A stretch of DNA of 40,418 nt from a bacterium (lineage in GTDB: Bacteria; Actinomycetota; Humimicrobiia; Humimicrobiales; Humimicrobiaceae), in NCBI GenBank assembly GCA_021371805.1, contig JAJFVM010000240.1, forward strand, positions 1-40,418, read 5' to 3'. Shown here one piece after another: positions 19,146-29,754 of this stretch. Numbering within the stretch: position 1 is the first letter of the stretch; each line of letters starts with the position of its first letter. The notes under the pieces are model-generated. The model saw only the letters and a list, made by a program, of their open reading frames with translations. It was not told where the DNA came from and ran no database searches. The position numbers and the translations under genes were made by a program.

Positions 19146-20127
19146 TTCCTATCTTTTCCCTTACTTCCTTAATTGTTTTTAAGGAAACTGTACGAACATG
19201 ATCCCTTCCTTTTTCAAGGACTTTATAAACATAGCTCATATCTTTTTCAAGATTTTTCCTTTTTTCCTGAAAATCTTTTAAGGAATCATATATAATTTTT
19301 GATATTTCGTCTTTGCATTTTATACAGCCTATTTCCCCATTTCTGCACCGGTTTTCGATACCAGTGATATTTTCATTCCGGTAGAGCTTGTAAAAAGAAA
19401 AAACATTACAGATATCAGGATGCCCGGGATCCGTCGGATGTATTCTTTCGGGATCCGTAATCATTTGTCTTATTTTTGCCTTTATTGTTTCAAAATCATC
19501 AGATAAAAAAATAGCATTATTATAACTTTTTGACATCTTTCTCCCGTCAGTTCCGATAACACGGGTAGCTTTTGACAAAAGTTCCTTGGGCTCCTTAAAA
19601 TACTCGCCATACAAGCTGTTGAACCTTCTTGCTATTTCTCTTGTCAGTTCAAGATGAGGAAGCTGATCCTCACCAACAGGAACGATATCTGCATTAATTA
19701 TAAGTATGTCTGCTGCCATTAAAACAGGATAACTTAAAAATCCAAGGGTTGATAAATCCTTTGCATTTAATTCTTTTACCTGTTCTTTATAAGTAGGGCA
19801 TCTCTCCAACCATGAAAGCGGAGTTACCATTGAAAAATACAGCGTAAGTTCAGGTATCTCGATTATATCTGATTGTCTGTAAAGATGAGTTATTTCGGGA
19901 TTAACTCCCAGAGCAATTAAATCTATGGCACATTCTATTAAGTTATTTTTTATATTTTGAGGATTTTGATACTCAGTGAAAAGAGCATGCCAGTCAACAA
20001 GAAAAAAATAATAATCATATTGCTCATGATATTTTATCATGTTTACTATATTACCATGCAGATGACCAAGATGAAGCCTTCCCGTAGGTCTGAAGCCTGT
20101 AAGCATGATTTGTTTGTTAGTCATCAA
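19138..20127 (-). CDS. trpS: tryptophan--tRNA ligase
   Basis: 329 aa. HIGH-type motif (TGRLHLGHLHG), KMSKS, and the Trp-specific GEDQ region. Carries a C-x20-C-x6-C-x2-C motif (see findings). Confidence 0.95.
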   Translation of the reverse strand: MMTNKQIMLTGFRPTGRLHLGHLHGNIVNMIKYHEQYDYYFFLVDWHALFTEYQNPQNIKNNLIECAIDLIALGVNPEITHLYRQSDIIEIPELTLYFSMVTPLSWLERCPTYKEQVKELNAKDLSTLGFLSYPVLMAADILIINADIVPVGEDQLPHLELTREIARRFNSLYGEYFKEPKELLSKATRVIGTDGRKMSKSYNNAIFLSDDFETIKAKIRQMITDPERIHPTDPGHPDICNVFSFYKLYRNENITGIENRCRNGEIGCIKCKDEISKIIYDSLKDFQEKRKNLEKDMSYVYKVLEKGRDHVRTVSLKTIKEVREKIGID

Positions 20128-20163
20128 AGTTCTCCCTTATAGCAATAATTATGAAAAACGAAG

Positions 20164-20916
20164 TTAAAGTAAAAATCTCCACCAGAATCCTAAATTTAAA
20201 AACAGGAAATTTATAGCAGGATCAAGAAAGGACCAGAATATATTTCCACCCAAAAACATAAGTGCAAAAATAATAAAAAATCCTATTCTTCCAATGCTTA
20301 AATATCTAAGCATTGCTTCTTCAGGCAGAAATGACGCAACTATTTTTGACCCGTCCAGAGGAGGTATAGGTATAAAATTAAAAATTGCCAGAAATATATT
20401 AATCCTTATTGCGTAAACAAAGATCGCGCTTATTACTCCGAATACGGATGCCTGTGAAGTTCTAAGTAGTGCATATCCCAAACCTTCATTTAATAAATCG
20501 CCTGCCGGTATCTTCGATATCACCGAAACAGTGAAAATCAGCAATCCATACAATGAACCCATAACAAATGCCAGAACCAGATTTGTTCCCGGTCCGGCAA
20601 GAGAAGTATTTCGCAATCCTTTTCTGAAATTTCTGAAATAAGTAGGATTTATAGGAACAGGTTTGGCATAAGCAAAAATTATATTGGATCTTAAAAGCAG
20701 AAGAAGTATCGGCATAAGAATGCTTCCAAAAATATCAATGTGCTTTACGGGATTTAAAGTCAGTCTTCCAAGACTTTTAGCAGTATAATCTCCATTTTTC
20801 ATAGCTACGTATCCATGCATAACTTCGTGCAGCACTACCGCAAGATAAATGCCGGGCACAGCCACAAGAAGCTGCAGTATGAAATCTCCGAATTCAGAAA
20901 AAATATTTCCAGTCAT
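20164..20916 (-). CDS. site-2 protease family (M50) membrane metalloprotease
   Basis: 250 aa, polytopic. HEVMHG zinc motif and a downstream FNFIPIPPLDG motif. Confidence 0.8.
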   Translation of the reverse strand: MTGNIFSEFGDFILQLLVAVPGIYLAVVLHEVMHGYVAMKNGDYTAKSLGRLTLNPVKHIDIFGSILMPILLLLLRSNIIFAYAKPVPINPTYFRNFRKGLRNTSLAGPGTNLVLAFVMGSLYGLLIFTVSVISKIPAGDLLNEGLGYALLRTSQASVFGVISAIFVYAIRINIFLAIFNFIPIPPLDGSKIVASFLPEEAMLRYLSIGRIGFFIIFALMFLGGNIFWSFLDPAINFLFLNLGFWWRFLL

Positions 20917-21101
20917 ATTACCTTAATTATCATATAAAAATTAATAATACAAAAAATAATTTTAAAGATTTAAACATTACCTTAATTCTGAAGATTATAC
21001 AAATTTTTAATCAAAATTAAAATTACATTAATGGCTGAAATGACTCATTTTTAGGCTTTTTAAAAAATTTAAATACATCATTTCAGACATTTCTTTTTAT
21101 T

Positions 21102-22094
21102 TTAAGAATTATCCTTGTCTTGACTTTCGGATTTATTGCTCCTCGGGTGGTGTTTAAAATAGGAATTCTTTATAAATTTTTTATTTATATTTGTATATAT
21201 TTCCGTTGTCGATATGCTGCTGTGTCCCAGAAGTTCCTGCACGACTCTTAAATCTGCTCCCCTTTCCAGCATATGGGTTGCATAGCTGTGTCTGAACAGG
21301 TGAGGATAAATGTTTTTGTCGAAATTAAGCAGCTTTTCATATTTTTTTAATACTTTCCAGAAACCCTGTCTTGAAATCCTTGAGCCGTTTTTATTAAGAA
21401 AAACAATTTCGGATGATCTTAAATTGTTCTTATTTTGTAAGTTGAATCTTGCTGTTTTTATATAGATATCAAGATAATGAATTGCCGTTTTTCCGACCGG
21501 GATTATTCTTTCCTTATTTCCCTTACCTATGCACCTGATCAGGTTTTCCTCGTAATCTATGTCGTTTAACTTTAAATTTACAAGTTCACTTACTCTCATC
21601 CCCGATGAATAAATCAGTTCCAACATTGCCTTATCTCTTACTTCTAGCTTTAATGAATGAGGTATCCTGTCCAGGAAATTTTTTACATCATTTTCATCTA
21701 ATGTTTCAATGATCTTTTTTGGTCTTTTGGGATTTTCAATTTCAATAAAAGGATTTTTTTTAACGTCTCCCTTTATCAACAGGAATTTATAGAAAGTCCT
21801 TAATGTCGACAATATTCTGGAAACTGATGATTCACAGTAACCTTTTTCATATAATTTTTCCAGAAACAGCAGTATATTCTCATGATTTAAATTCATGAAA
21901 TCTTCTTTGCTGTCTTGAATAAGATATTTTTTAAAAATTAATAAATCCCTGCCATAGGAACTAATCGTGTTGGTTGAAAGATGCCTTTCAAATCTTAAAA
22001 AATCTATAAAACTTGCTGCTATTGAATCCAACACGTCTGGCTGGCTGTCCCTGTTATTTTTTTTGTTATTTTTATTAAGAATATTATTGTTCAA
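21102..22094 (-). CDS. xerD: site-specific tyrosine recombinase XerC/XerD family
   Basis: 330 aa. Catalytic residues in GMRVSEL, HLFRHSYATHML and LGHSSISTTEIYT. Sits in housekeeping context next to NUDIX and pyrG. Confidence 0.85.
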   Translation of the reverse strand: MNNNILNKNNKKNNRDSQPDVLDSIAASFIDFLRFERHLSTNTISSYGRDLLIFKKYLIQDSKEDFMNLNHENILLFLEKLYEKGYCESSVSRILSTLRTFYKFLLIKGDVKKNPFIEIENPKRPKKIIETLDENDVKNFLDRIPHSLKLEVRDKAMLELIYSSGMRVSELVNLKLNDIDYEENLIRCIGKGNKERIIPVGKTAIHYLDIYIKTARFNLQNKNNLRSSEIVFLNKNGSRISRQGFWKVLKKYEKLLNFDKNIYPHLFRHSYATHMLERGADLRVVQELLGHSSISTTEIYTNINKKFIKNSYFKHHPRSNKSESQDKDNS

Positions 22095-22103
22095 ATCTTA
22101 TAT

Positions 22104-22658
22104 TTAAATCATCCGGTTATTTTTTAGGTATTCGTTTGCCATTAATATGCCTATTATACTTTTTGCATCCTTTATTTTTCCTTCAAAAACCCATTCAAGA
22201 CTATTTTTTAACGGAATTTTTATTATTTGCAGAAATTCATCTTCATCAGGATTATTTTCTTTTCTTTCAAAATTTAAAGCCAGATATAAATGCAGAAATT
22301 CATTTGAAAAACCCGGCGTCGTATGAAATGAGGTCATATGAATCAGATTGCCGCCGACAGCTCCTACTTCTTCATGCAATTCTCTTCTTGCGCAATCAAG
22401 TGGAACTTCATTTTCATCCAATTTTCCTGCAGGTATCTCAATCAATACGTCTTCAACAGGATATCTGAATTGCTTTATTAATATTATTTCATTACCTGCT
22501 GCAACCGGGACAACGGCAACAGCACCCGGGTGCCATACCTTTTCTCTTGTAGCAATTTTCTTATTCGGCAGCATAACCTCATCAAAAAACAATTTTATAA
22601 TCTTGCCCTCGAAAATTTTTTTTGTACTTATTGTTTTTTCTTCCAGATCTTCAATCAT
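22104..22658 (-). CDS. NUDIX hydrolase (ADP-ribose pyrophosphatase-like)
   Basis: 184 aa. Nudix box GKLDENEVPLDCARRELHEEVG. Confidence 0.85.
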   Translation of the reverse strand: MIEDLEEKTISTKKIFEGKIIKLFFDEVMLPNKKIATREKVWHPGAVAVVPVAAGNEIILIKQFRYPVEDVLIEIPAGKLDENEVPLDCARRELHEEVGAVGGNLIHMTSFHTTPGFSNEFLHLYLALNFERKENNPDEDEFLQIIKIPLKNSLEWVFEGKIKDAKSIIGILMANEYLKNNRMI

Positions 22659-23809
22659 ATTTCCTCTTTATTAAATCTGCATATCTCAATTATTAATTTA
22701 ATTAATTTGGCCAGTTCTTCAACTTTAATAAATTCCTCATTTGAATGACAATTTTCAATACCTGAACTTAAATTGACAGCCTGTTTTCCTTTTGAATTAA
22801 AATTATTCGTATCACTGCCTCCGCCTGTTGATCTTATACACGGAGTAATTCCAAGTTTTTTTATTGCATAACCTGCTATCTTAACAGGCATTGCATCTTC
22901 TTTAATTTCATAGCCATTATATTCTCTGAGTATCTCATACTCCAATTTTGTTTGGAAAATTTCGGAAGCTTTCTTAAATTCACAGATTAATTCATTTGTA
23001 ACCTTATCCAGTTTATGTACATTAATGCTTCTTACTTCCGATTTGACTTCTGTTATTTCGGGGACAATGTTGGTTTCAACCCCTCCCTTTATAACTCCGA
23101 TATTGCATGTTGTTTCTTCATCTAATCTGCCTGAATTTATATTGGATATTGCCATCGCCGCAGATTTTATTGAATTTATTCCCTTTTCAGGAGAAACCCC
23201 TGCATGAGATGCCTTCCCTTTAACTTTGATATTTATTCTATTGTGGAATGGAGCCTTGTTTATTATTGTACCGATATCTCCCTCAGAATCAAATACAAAT
23301 CCGTACTCTGCATCAATACTGCTCATATCAATATATCTTGACCCAAATAATGCCAGCTCTTCTCCGACAGAAAAAATTATATAAATTATTCCCGACTGTA
23401 CATTATTCTTAATTAGAAATTTCAAAGCTTCCAGAATTGCACAGACTGCTGCTTTATCATCAGCTCCAAGAATACAGTTTTTATTTCTGTTTATGATTTT
23501 GCCTTTAACTATTTCAGGAGTGATGCAATTTTCATCATTATATTTAACGGTGTCAAGATGGGCGTTTAAAAAAACAGGCGGATTGTTTTTTAAAGTTTTT
23601 GGTATATATTTTGCTATTATATTTCCGGTATTTCCGCCAAACTTTTTACCACAGTCATCAATCAAAACCTTAAGGCCAAGTTTTTCAAGTTCATTTTTAA
23701 CATATGCCGAAAGTTCAAGTTCGTCCCCGGATATGCTTCTTATTTTTAAAACATCAAAGAAATTTTTAAGAAAATTTTCCTTGTTTAATTCAAAATCATA
23801 TTCTTCCAA
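22655..23809 (-). CDS. M20/M25/M40 family metallopeptidase
   Basis: 384 aa. Metal ligand motifs AHLDTV, GADDKAAV and VGEE. Overlaps the NUDIX gene by 4 nt. Confidence 0.8.
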   Translation of the reverse strand: MEEYDFELNKENFLKNFFDVLKIRSISGDELELSAYVKNELEKLGLKVLIDDCGKKFGGNTGNIIAKYIPKTLKNNPPVFLNAHLDTVKYNDENCITPEIVKGKIINRNKNCILGADDKAAVCAILEALKFLIKNNVQSGIIYIIFSVGEELALFGSRYIDMSSIDAEYGFVFDSEGDIGTIINKAPFHNRINIKVKGKASHAGVSPEKGINSIKSAAMAISNINSGRLDEETTCNIGVIKGGVETNIVPEITEVKSEVRSINVHKLDKVTNELICEFKKASEIFQTKLEYEILREYNGYEIKEDAMPVKIAGYAIKKLGITPCIRSTGGGSDTNNFNSKGKQAVNLSSGIENCHSNEEFIKVEELAKLIKLIIEICRFNKEEI

Positions 23810-24503
23810 TATTACCGCCTGGATTACCGTCTTTATAAATTTTTTTTGAAATCGTATGTAACGTAACTCCTACTATAATAAAAACAATTGAGATGATAGC
23901 GGATGAAGTAACAAGCCTAATAAAAAAATCATAGAAAAAATTCAGCGGCAGCAATGTAATCATAGTTGAATCTTCCGGAAAAGCAAAATTTCCCTGAGGA
24001 AAAAAAACTAAATGAAATTTATCAAATAATGAAATAAAATTTTGACTAAAAAAGTAAAGAATGATAAGCAGAAATATTAATATTGCCGACGGCAATATTA
24101 ATAAAAGAGAAATATTTTTTAAATAACTTCTTATATTTCTTTCAAATAAAATTATTATAAAAACTACCGATAAACCCAGACAGATATAATATGTTAAAAA
24201 TATTTTATTAAATATAATCCTGACATCATTCAAATGGCTTGTTTCATCATTTGTAAAATAAGGAAGATTGTTTTTTAATATAAACGGCTGAAATTCCTGC
24301 CTGTATTTAAAAAAATTAAAAAGATCCTCGGTTAATTTTATTGCATCCTGCCTGTCAATACTTTTATATACATCATTTTTTTCATAGAGGCTTGTGTAAA
24401 AATTTAAATTGAAAACATAATACAAAAACGGAGAAAAAACTATCACAATAATTATGGTGAGAGTCCCGAATGCAATTATTAACTTTCTTAAAGATTTCTT
24501 CAT
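23796..24503 (-). CDS. integral membrane protein, TIGR01906/DUF1461-like
   Basis: 235 aa with four or more hydrophobic segments. FTNDETSHLNDVRIIF and FHLVFFPQGNFAFPEDSTMITLLP resemble the conserved blocks of DUF1461 as I recall them. Overlaps the M20 gene by 14 nt. Confidence 0.55.
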   Translation of the reverse strand: MKKSLRKLIIAFGTLTIIIVIVFSPFLYYVFNLNFYTSLYEKNDVYKSIDRQDAIKLTEDLFNFFKYRQEFQPFILKNNLPYFTNDETSHLNDVRIIFNKIFLTYYICLGLSVVFIIILFERNIRSYLKNISLLLILPSAILIFLLIILYFFSQNFISLFDKFHLVFFPQGNFAFPEDSTMITLLPLNFFYDFFIRLVTSSAIISIVFIIVGVTLHTISKKIYKDGNPGGNIGRI

Positions 24504-24566
24504 TAATTAAGCCAATTATTTTATTGTAAATGACGATAAGTTTAAAAGATTTAACAATAAAAAATC

Positions 24567-26180
24567 TTAGAACAATGTCCCATTTTTTATGGAAGCCGCA
24601 ACAAATTCCCTGAATAAAGGATGGGGTTTATCTGGTCTGGATTTAAATTCAGGATGAAACTGAACACCAACAAACCATGGATGATTTTTTATTTCGATAA
24701 TTTCAACCAGATCTTTATCAGGATATACCCCTGAAATTATCATCCCATTCTTTTCGAGAATATCGCGGTAATCATTATTCAATTCAAATCTATGTCTGTG
24801 TCTTTCGCTAATGAATTCCACTTTATAAGCATCATAGGCTCTGGTGTTTTCTTTTAATTTGCACGGATACTTACCCAGCCTCATTGTCCCGCCTTTGTTA
24901 TTGATTTTTTTTTGATCCGGCATTATATCTATCACAGGATTTTTTGTTTCAGAATCAAATTCAGAACTGTTTGCATCTTTCAGGCCTATTATATTTCTTG
25001 AAAATTCAATAACTGCACATTGCATGCCAAGACAAATACCAAAAAAAGGAATTTTATTTTCTCTTGCATATTTAATTGCATTAACTTTTCCATTTATACC
25101 TCTTATCCCAAACCCTCCCGGAACAAGAATTCCATGAACATTGCTGAACAATTCGTTTCCATTAAAATCTTCATCAAGAGTTTCTGAATTAATCCATTTA
25201 ATTTCAACATTTATATTATGAAAGTATCCGCCATGGTTTAAAGATTCAACAATACTTATATATGCATCCTTTAGATTTGTATATTTCCCGACTATGCCGA
25301 TAACGACACTGCCCTTTAAATTGTGAAGTGTATCAACTATTTTTTCCCATGAATTTAAATCAGCTTCCGGACATTTCAGGTCCAGCATGGATATTACAAT
25401 TTCATCCAGTTTTTCTGCTTTCAGGTTTAAAGGAATTTCATATAAATGCTTTGCATCAATGGCACTTATTATTGCTTCTTTTTCTATGTCGCAGAAAAGG
25501 CTGATCTTACTTTTGATGCCGTCATTTATAGGGCTTTCGCTTCGGCATATTATTATATCCGGTTGAATTCCGATGCTTCTTAATTCCTTAACGCTATGCT
25601 GAGTTGGCTTGGTTTTTAATTCATCACTTGTCTTTAAATAAGGCACATAAGTAACATGTATGTATAAGACATTTTCTTTGCCGACATCTTTTTTAAATTG
25701 CCTTATTGCTTCAAGGAAAGGCAGACTTTCGATGTCTCCTACAGTACCTCCGATTTCAGTAATAACAATATCTGATTTTTTTGTAGACAAGGTCTTTTTA
25801 ATGCTGTTTTTTATTTCATCTGTAACATGGGGTATAACTTGTACCGTGTTTCCGAGGTAATCGCCACGACGTTCATTATCGATCACGGTTTTGTATATCT
25901 TGCCTGAGGTGAAATTATTATACTTTGAAAGATTCTCATCTATAAACCTTTCATAATGACCTAAATCCAGATCTGTTTCACCACCGTCATCAGTTACAAA
26001 AACTTCACCATGCTGAAAAGGATTCATCGTACCGGGGTCAATGTTTATATATGGATCAAATTTTTGAATTGTAACACTTAATCCTCTTGATTTAAGAAGC
26101 CTTCCCAAAGAAGCTGCACAAATACCCTTTCCAAGCGAAGATAAAACCCCGCCGGTTACAAATATGAATTTTGTATCCAA
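24567..26180 (-). CDS. pyrG: CTP synthase
   Basis: 537 aa. Motifs [17 protein letters not shown] (catalytic Cys) and HRHRFE. Confidence 0.96.
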   Translation of the reverse strand: MDTKFIFVTGGVLSSLGKGICAASLGRLLKSRGLSVTIQKFDPYINIDPGTMNPFQHGEVFVTDDGGETDLDLGHYERFIDENLSKYNNFTSGKIYKTVIDNERRGDYLGNTVQVIPHVTDEIKNSIKKTLSTKKSDIVITEIGGTVGDIESLPFLEAIRQFKKDVGKENVLYIHVTYVPYLKTSDELKTKPTQHSVKELRSIGIQPDIIICRSESPINDGIKSKISLFCDIEKEAIISAIDAKHLYEIPLNLKAEKLDEIVISMLDLKCPEADLNSWEKIVDTLHNLKGSVVIGIVGKYTNLKDAYISIVESLNHGGYFHNINVEIKWINSETLDEDFNGNELFSNVHGILVPGGFGIRGINGKVNAIKYARENKIPFFGICLGMQCAVIEFSRNIIGLKDANSSEFDSETKNPVIDIMPDQKKINNKGGTMRLGKYPCKLKENTRAYDAYKVEFISERHRHRFELNNDYRDILEKNGMIISGVYPDKDLVEIIEIKNHPWFVGVQFHPEFKSRPDKPHPLFREFVAASIKNGTLF

Positions 26181-26183
26181 ATC

Positions 26184-27935
26184 CTAATTAGCCTCCCTTT
26201 TTTTATCCTTGAGTTGTTTGCTTTGATTAATTAATTCCTCGGCATGCATTAAAGAAATATTACTATCTTTTCTACCGCTCAGCATCCTGGATATTTCCAT
26301 TATTTTTTGTTGTTCGTCTAAAATATTTATCTCAATTTTTGTTTTATTTTTTTCAACATATTTGTTAATAAATAAATGGTTATCGGCAAAACCAGCTATC
26401 TGGGCAAGATGGGTAATGCATATAACCTGCTTGCCTGCAGAAATTTTATATAATTTCTCTCCGACAACCGTAGCTGTTTCTCCCCCTATACCCGTATCAA
26501 TTTCATCAAAAACCATCGTATCTATATTATCAACCTTGCCTATTATACTCTTTAATGCAAGCATCATCCTGGAAATTTCCCCACCTGAGGCTATTTTATT
26601 TAAACTTTTAAGGCTTTCTCCCGTATTTAATGATATTAAAAATTCAAGGTTATCAATTCCGTTTTTTGTAAACTTTATATTTTGGCTGTTATAAAATACG
26701 TCGTCTCCTGTTATATATTCACATAAGACTTTAAATTTTACAGACTTAAAATTTAAATCAAGCAGCTCTTTTTTTATACCGTTTTCAAAATTATCAATTA
26801 TTTCTTTTCTGTAATCTGATAACTTAATCGCCTTTTCAAGTACAATATTTTTACTGTCCTGGAAATTTTTCAATTTTAAATCAATCGTATCGTCAATTTC
26901 TTCAAAACTTATTATCTCTTCTTTTAACTTATTTGCATAATCCAGCAAATCCGATATTTCCATATTGTATTTCTTCCTGATTTCACTGATCAGAAAAATT
27001 CTTTCCTGGACCGATTCAAGTTTCTGAGGACTGAATTCAAAATCGACAATATAATTATTTAAATAATGACTCAACTCATTAAGAATGCCTGGAAAATCCG
27101 AAAGTTCTTCTATAAATCTGTTTAGATTTTTATCAATTTTTACAAGCTCGTTCAAATTTTTTAAAAGCAAAACGCAGTTATCTATCATCGAAGTGCCGTA
27201 GTTTTCATCACCGTCCAGTATTTTCAGACATTCATTAGAATACTGCAAAATTTTTTCCGAATTTTTTAATATATTTTTTTCATTTTCAAGGATTTCGTCT
27301 TCATTCTCCTTTAATTTAAGTTCCACAATCTCATTTAGCCGGTACTTTAGATCTTCCAGTTTTTCTTTTTTCTTTAATTGAAGTTGCTTTAATTTTTCAA
27401 TTTCATTTTTTTCTTCAAGATAGTTTTCAAGCTCAATATTGTAATCATTCTTAAATTCAGCTAATTTAAGCCTGCCAAGTCTGTCAATTATATTTATATG
27501 AGTTTTTTGTTCCAGAAGATACTGGTGATCATGCTGTCCATGTATATCTATGAAAAATTTTCCAAGAGTTCTTAAGTTGCTTGCTTGTGTAAATATCCCA
27601 TTAATAAACGCTCTGTTTTTGCCATTTCTGTTTAACTCCCGTGAAATGGCAATATCGTCAAGTTCTTCTTCCTTATCAATGAAATTTTCTTTTAAAAGAA
27701 ATTCTTTAACCTGTGCATTATTTGAAAAATCAAAAAAACCCTGTACCAGCAGATTATTTTCACTTTCCCTTATCAGATTTGAATCTGCCCTTTCTCCGAT
27801 AAGTAAATTTATTGCCTCGATTATCAATGTTTTTCCGGCTCCGGTTTCACCGGTAAGGATATTAAGCCCGCTGCCAAATTTTATTTTAGCATCATCTATA
27901 ATTGCAAAATTTTTTACCTGAAGTTCTTTTAGCAT
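26184..27935 (-). CDS. recN: DNA repair protein RecN
   Basis: 583 aa. Walker A GETGAGKT, long coiled-coil middle, signature ASGGEISR and Walker B MVFDEID. Confidence 0.93.
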   Translation of the reverse strand: MLKELQVKNFAIIDDAKIKFGSGLNILTGETGAGKTLIIEAINLLIGERADSNLIRESENNLLVQGFFDFSNNAQVKEFLLKENFIDKEEELDDIAISRELNRNGKNRAFINGIFTQASNLRTLGKFFIDIHGQHDHQYLLEQKTHINIIDRLGRLKLAEFKNDYNIELENYLEEKNEIEKLKQLQLKKKEKLEDLKYRLNEIVELKLKENEDEILENEKNILKNSEKILQYSNECLKILDGDENYGTSMIDNCVLLLKNLNELVKIDKNLNRFIEELSDFPGILNELSHYLNNYIVDFEFSPQKLESVQERIFLISEIRKKYNMEISDLLDYANKLKEEIISFEEIDDTIDLKLKNFQDSKNIVLEKAIKLSDYRKEIIDNFENGIKKELLDLNFKSVKFKVLCEYITGDDVFYNSQNIKFTKNGIDNLEFLISLNTGESLKSLNKIASGGEISRMMLALKSIIGKVDNIDTMVFDEIDTGIGGETATVVGEKLYKISAGKQVICITHLAQIAGFADNHLFINKYVEKNKTKIEINILDEQQKIMEISRMLSGRKDSNISLMHAEELINQSKQLKDKKREAN

Positions 27936-27971
27936 TATTGCTGTATTAAGTTAAGTAGTATTTCTTATCTT

Positions 27972-28841
27972 TTAGTTTCTGCCTATAAGTTTTTCCTTAA
28001 AAATTTTAAAAAACGTATTCTTGTTAAAAGTAATTAAATTTAACTTATATTCTGATTTTTCTACTTTAAAAATATCTCCGCTTAAAACTTCCAGATCACT
28101 TTTCTTTCCGTCTATATTTAAATTAACCTTTGTACCGCCTGAATTTATTTGAATTTCTATCTGATTATCAGGGCTTATTACAAGACTTCTGCTGAATAAC
28201 GTATGTGCGCATATCGGTGTTATAACAATTGATGCATTTTTAGGTTCAACAACCGGTCCTCCTGCCGATAAGGAATATGCAGTAGAACCTGTAGGCGTTG
28301 AAATAATGATTCCGTCTGCACCATAACTGACAAGGGACACCCCATTTATAATAATTTTTATTTCAATTATTTTTTCAAGAAGCGACTTTGTTATTACAAA
28401 GTCATTTAAAGCAAGATAAGGACAATTTTTTTCATCAATTAATTTTTTATCCCTGAACATCTTTCCGGAAATCAGCATTCTTTTTTCAATTTCAAAGTTG
28501 TTATTTATGATCTTATCAAGAGAATCATACATGTCTGAAATGTTAATCTCTGCTAAAAAACCAAGATTTCCGACATTTACACCCATAATAGGGATATTAT
28601 TTTTAAAGGCATGTTTTGCAGCTCTTAAAAAAGTGCCGTCTCCCCCGACTGAAATCAATGCTTCAATGCCGGATTTGAAATCCTCAACATCTACAGTTGG
28701 CAGGTTGTGTTTTTTTGGAAGTTCGTCACTGTCAAGTAAAAGCACCCTTATTTTTTTCAAGATAAGGTAATCATAAACATCCTTTGCTACACTGATTGCC
28801 TTAATATTTTCATTATTTGATAATAATCCGATTGTTTTCAT
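27972..28841 (-). CDS. nadK: NAD kinase
   Basis: 289 aa. Motifs GGDGTFL, NVGNLGFL and STPTGSTAYSLSAGGP. Confidence 0.9.
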   Translation of the reverse strand: MKTIGLLSNNENIKAISVAKDVYDYLILKKIRVLLLDSDELPKKHNLPTVDVEDFKSGIEALISVGGDGTFLRAAKHAFKNNIPIMGVNVGNLGFLAEINISDMYDSLDKIINNNFEIEKRMLISGKMFRDKKLIDEKNCPYLALNDFVITKSLLEKIIEIKIIINGVSLVSYGADGIIISTPTGSTAYSLSAGGPVVEPKNASIVITPICAHTLFSRSLVISPDNQIEIQINSGGTKVNLNIDGKKSDLEVLSGDIFKVEKSEYKLNLITFNKNTFFKIFKEKLIGRN

Positions 28842-28858
28842 AGTTTATTAAAATTAAT

Positions 28859-29701
28859 TCATGCTACATTAAAAAATTCATATGACTTTTCAACAACATC
28901 TTCAACTATTTTACCATAATTAATGTCTTTTTTTTCTTTAAAATCCTTATTTATCTTTTCCAGAAATATCCAGTATTCTATATTTCCCTTGGCTCCTTTT
29001 ATCCTGGAAAAACTTAACCCCGAAATTTTAATAAAATTATTTTCAATAAAATAATTTACAACATCTTTTATTGCTTTTAAATGCAAATCCTTGCTTTTAA
29101 TTATGCCCTTGTTTTCGACTAATTCTTTTTCCAGTTCAAACTGGGGCTTAATGAGTAAAAGCAGCTGGGCATCTTTACCCACCAGGTCAAACATTTTATA
29201 GAATATTTTTCTGATGGATATAAATGATAAATCCGCAACGGCAAAATCAGGTATAAAAGGCAGCATTTCTTTATCAAGTTTTCTTATATTGGTTCTTTCA
29301 AATAAAAAAATATTTTCTTTATTTCTAAGTTCCCAGGCGAATTGTCCATACCCTACATCTACGGCGATAACTCTTTTTGCACCATTTTTTATTAAATAGT
29401 CAGTAAAGCCTCCGGTTGATGCACCAAAATCTATTGCGCTTCTGCCAAATAAATTAATTTTAAAATCTTTAACTGCCTCATCTAATTTTATAGCACCTCG
29501 TGAAACATAAGGAATTTTTTCCTTTATTTCAATTCTTGAATCAGTTTTTACCAGTGTGCCTGGCTTATCTACCAGTATCCCGTCTACCGATACTTTTCCT
29601 GATAATATATATGCATTAGCTGTTTTTTTTGAAGATATATTTTTACTATTTAAAAGTAATTGTATTAAAGTTTTTTTATTTTTAATATTTTTATCAAACA
29701 A
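28859..29701 (-). CDS. tlyA: TlyA-family rRNA (cytidine-2'-O)-methyltransferase
   Basis: 280 aa. N-terminal S4-like domain, RGAIKL, and SAM-binding DFGASTGGFTD. Confidence 0.88.
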   Translation of the reverse strand: MFDKNIKNKKTLIQLLLNSKNISSKKTANAYILSGKVSVDGILVDKPGTLVKTDSRIEIKEKIPYVSRGAIKLDEAVKDFKINLFGRSAIDFGASTGGFTDYLIKNGAKRVIAVDVGYGQFAWELRNKENIFLFERTNIRKLDKEMLPFIPDFAVADLSFISIRKIFYKMFDLVGKDAQLLLLIKPQFELEKELVENKGIIKSKDLHLKAIKDVVNYFIENNFIKISGLSFSRIKGAKGNIEYWIFLEKINKDFKEKKDINYGKIVEDVVEKSYEFFNVA

Positions 29702-29754
29702 AATAATTCTTAGTAAAAATTGATTTATAAAATTTAAAATGAGTAAATAAAAAA

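Noticed and set aside
20128-20163. A T-box or attenuator leader upstream of trpS, and likewise upstream of the aro operon (38153..38447).
   Set aside because: The trpS spacer is only 36 nt. The aroC upstream region lacks any GC-rich T-box or antiterminator sequence (no GGGTGGTACCGCG-like element).
21035-21086. A 9-bp inverted repeat, ctgaaatga (21035..21043) and tcatttcag (21078..21086), just downstream of xerD, considered as a terminator.
   Set aside because: The loop is 34 nt and there is no adjacent U-tract, so this is poor terminator geometry. It is probably fortuitous.
21102-22094. The tyrosine recombinase as an integrase marking a mobile element, possibly linked to the tRNA-Pro repeat.
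   Set aside because: It has XerC/XerD-type motifs and sits in the conserved pyrG-NUDIX-xerD housekeeping context, about 13 kb from the tRNA. No other mobile-element genes are nearby.
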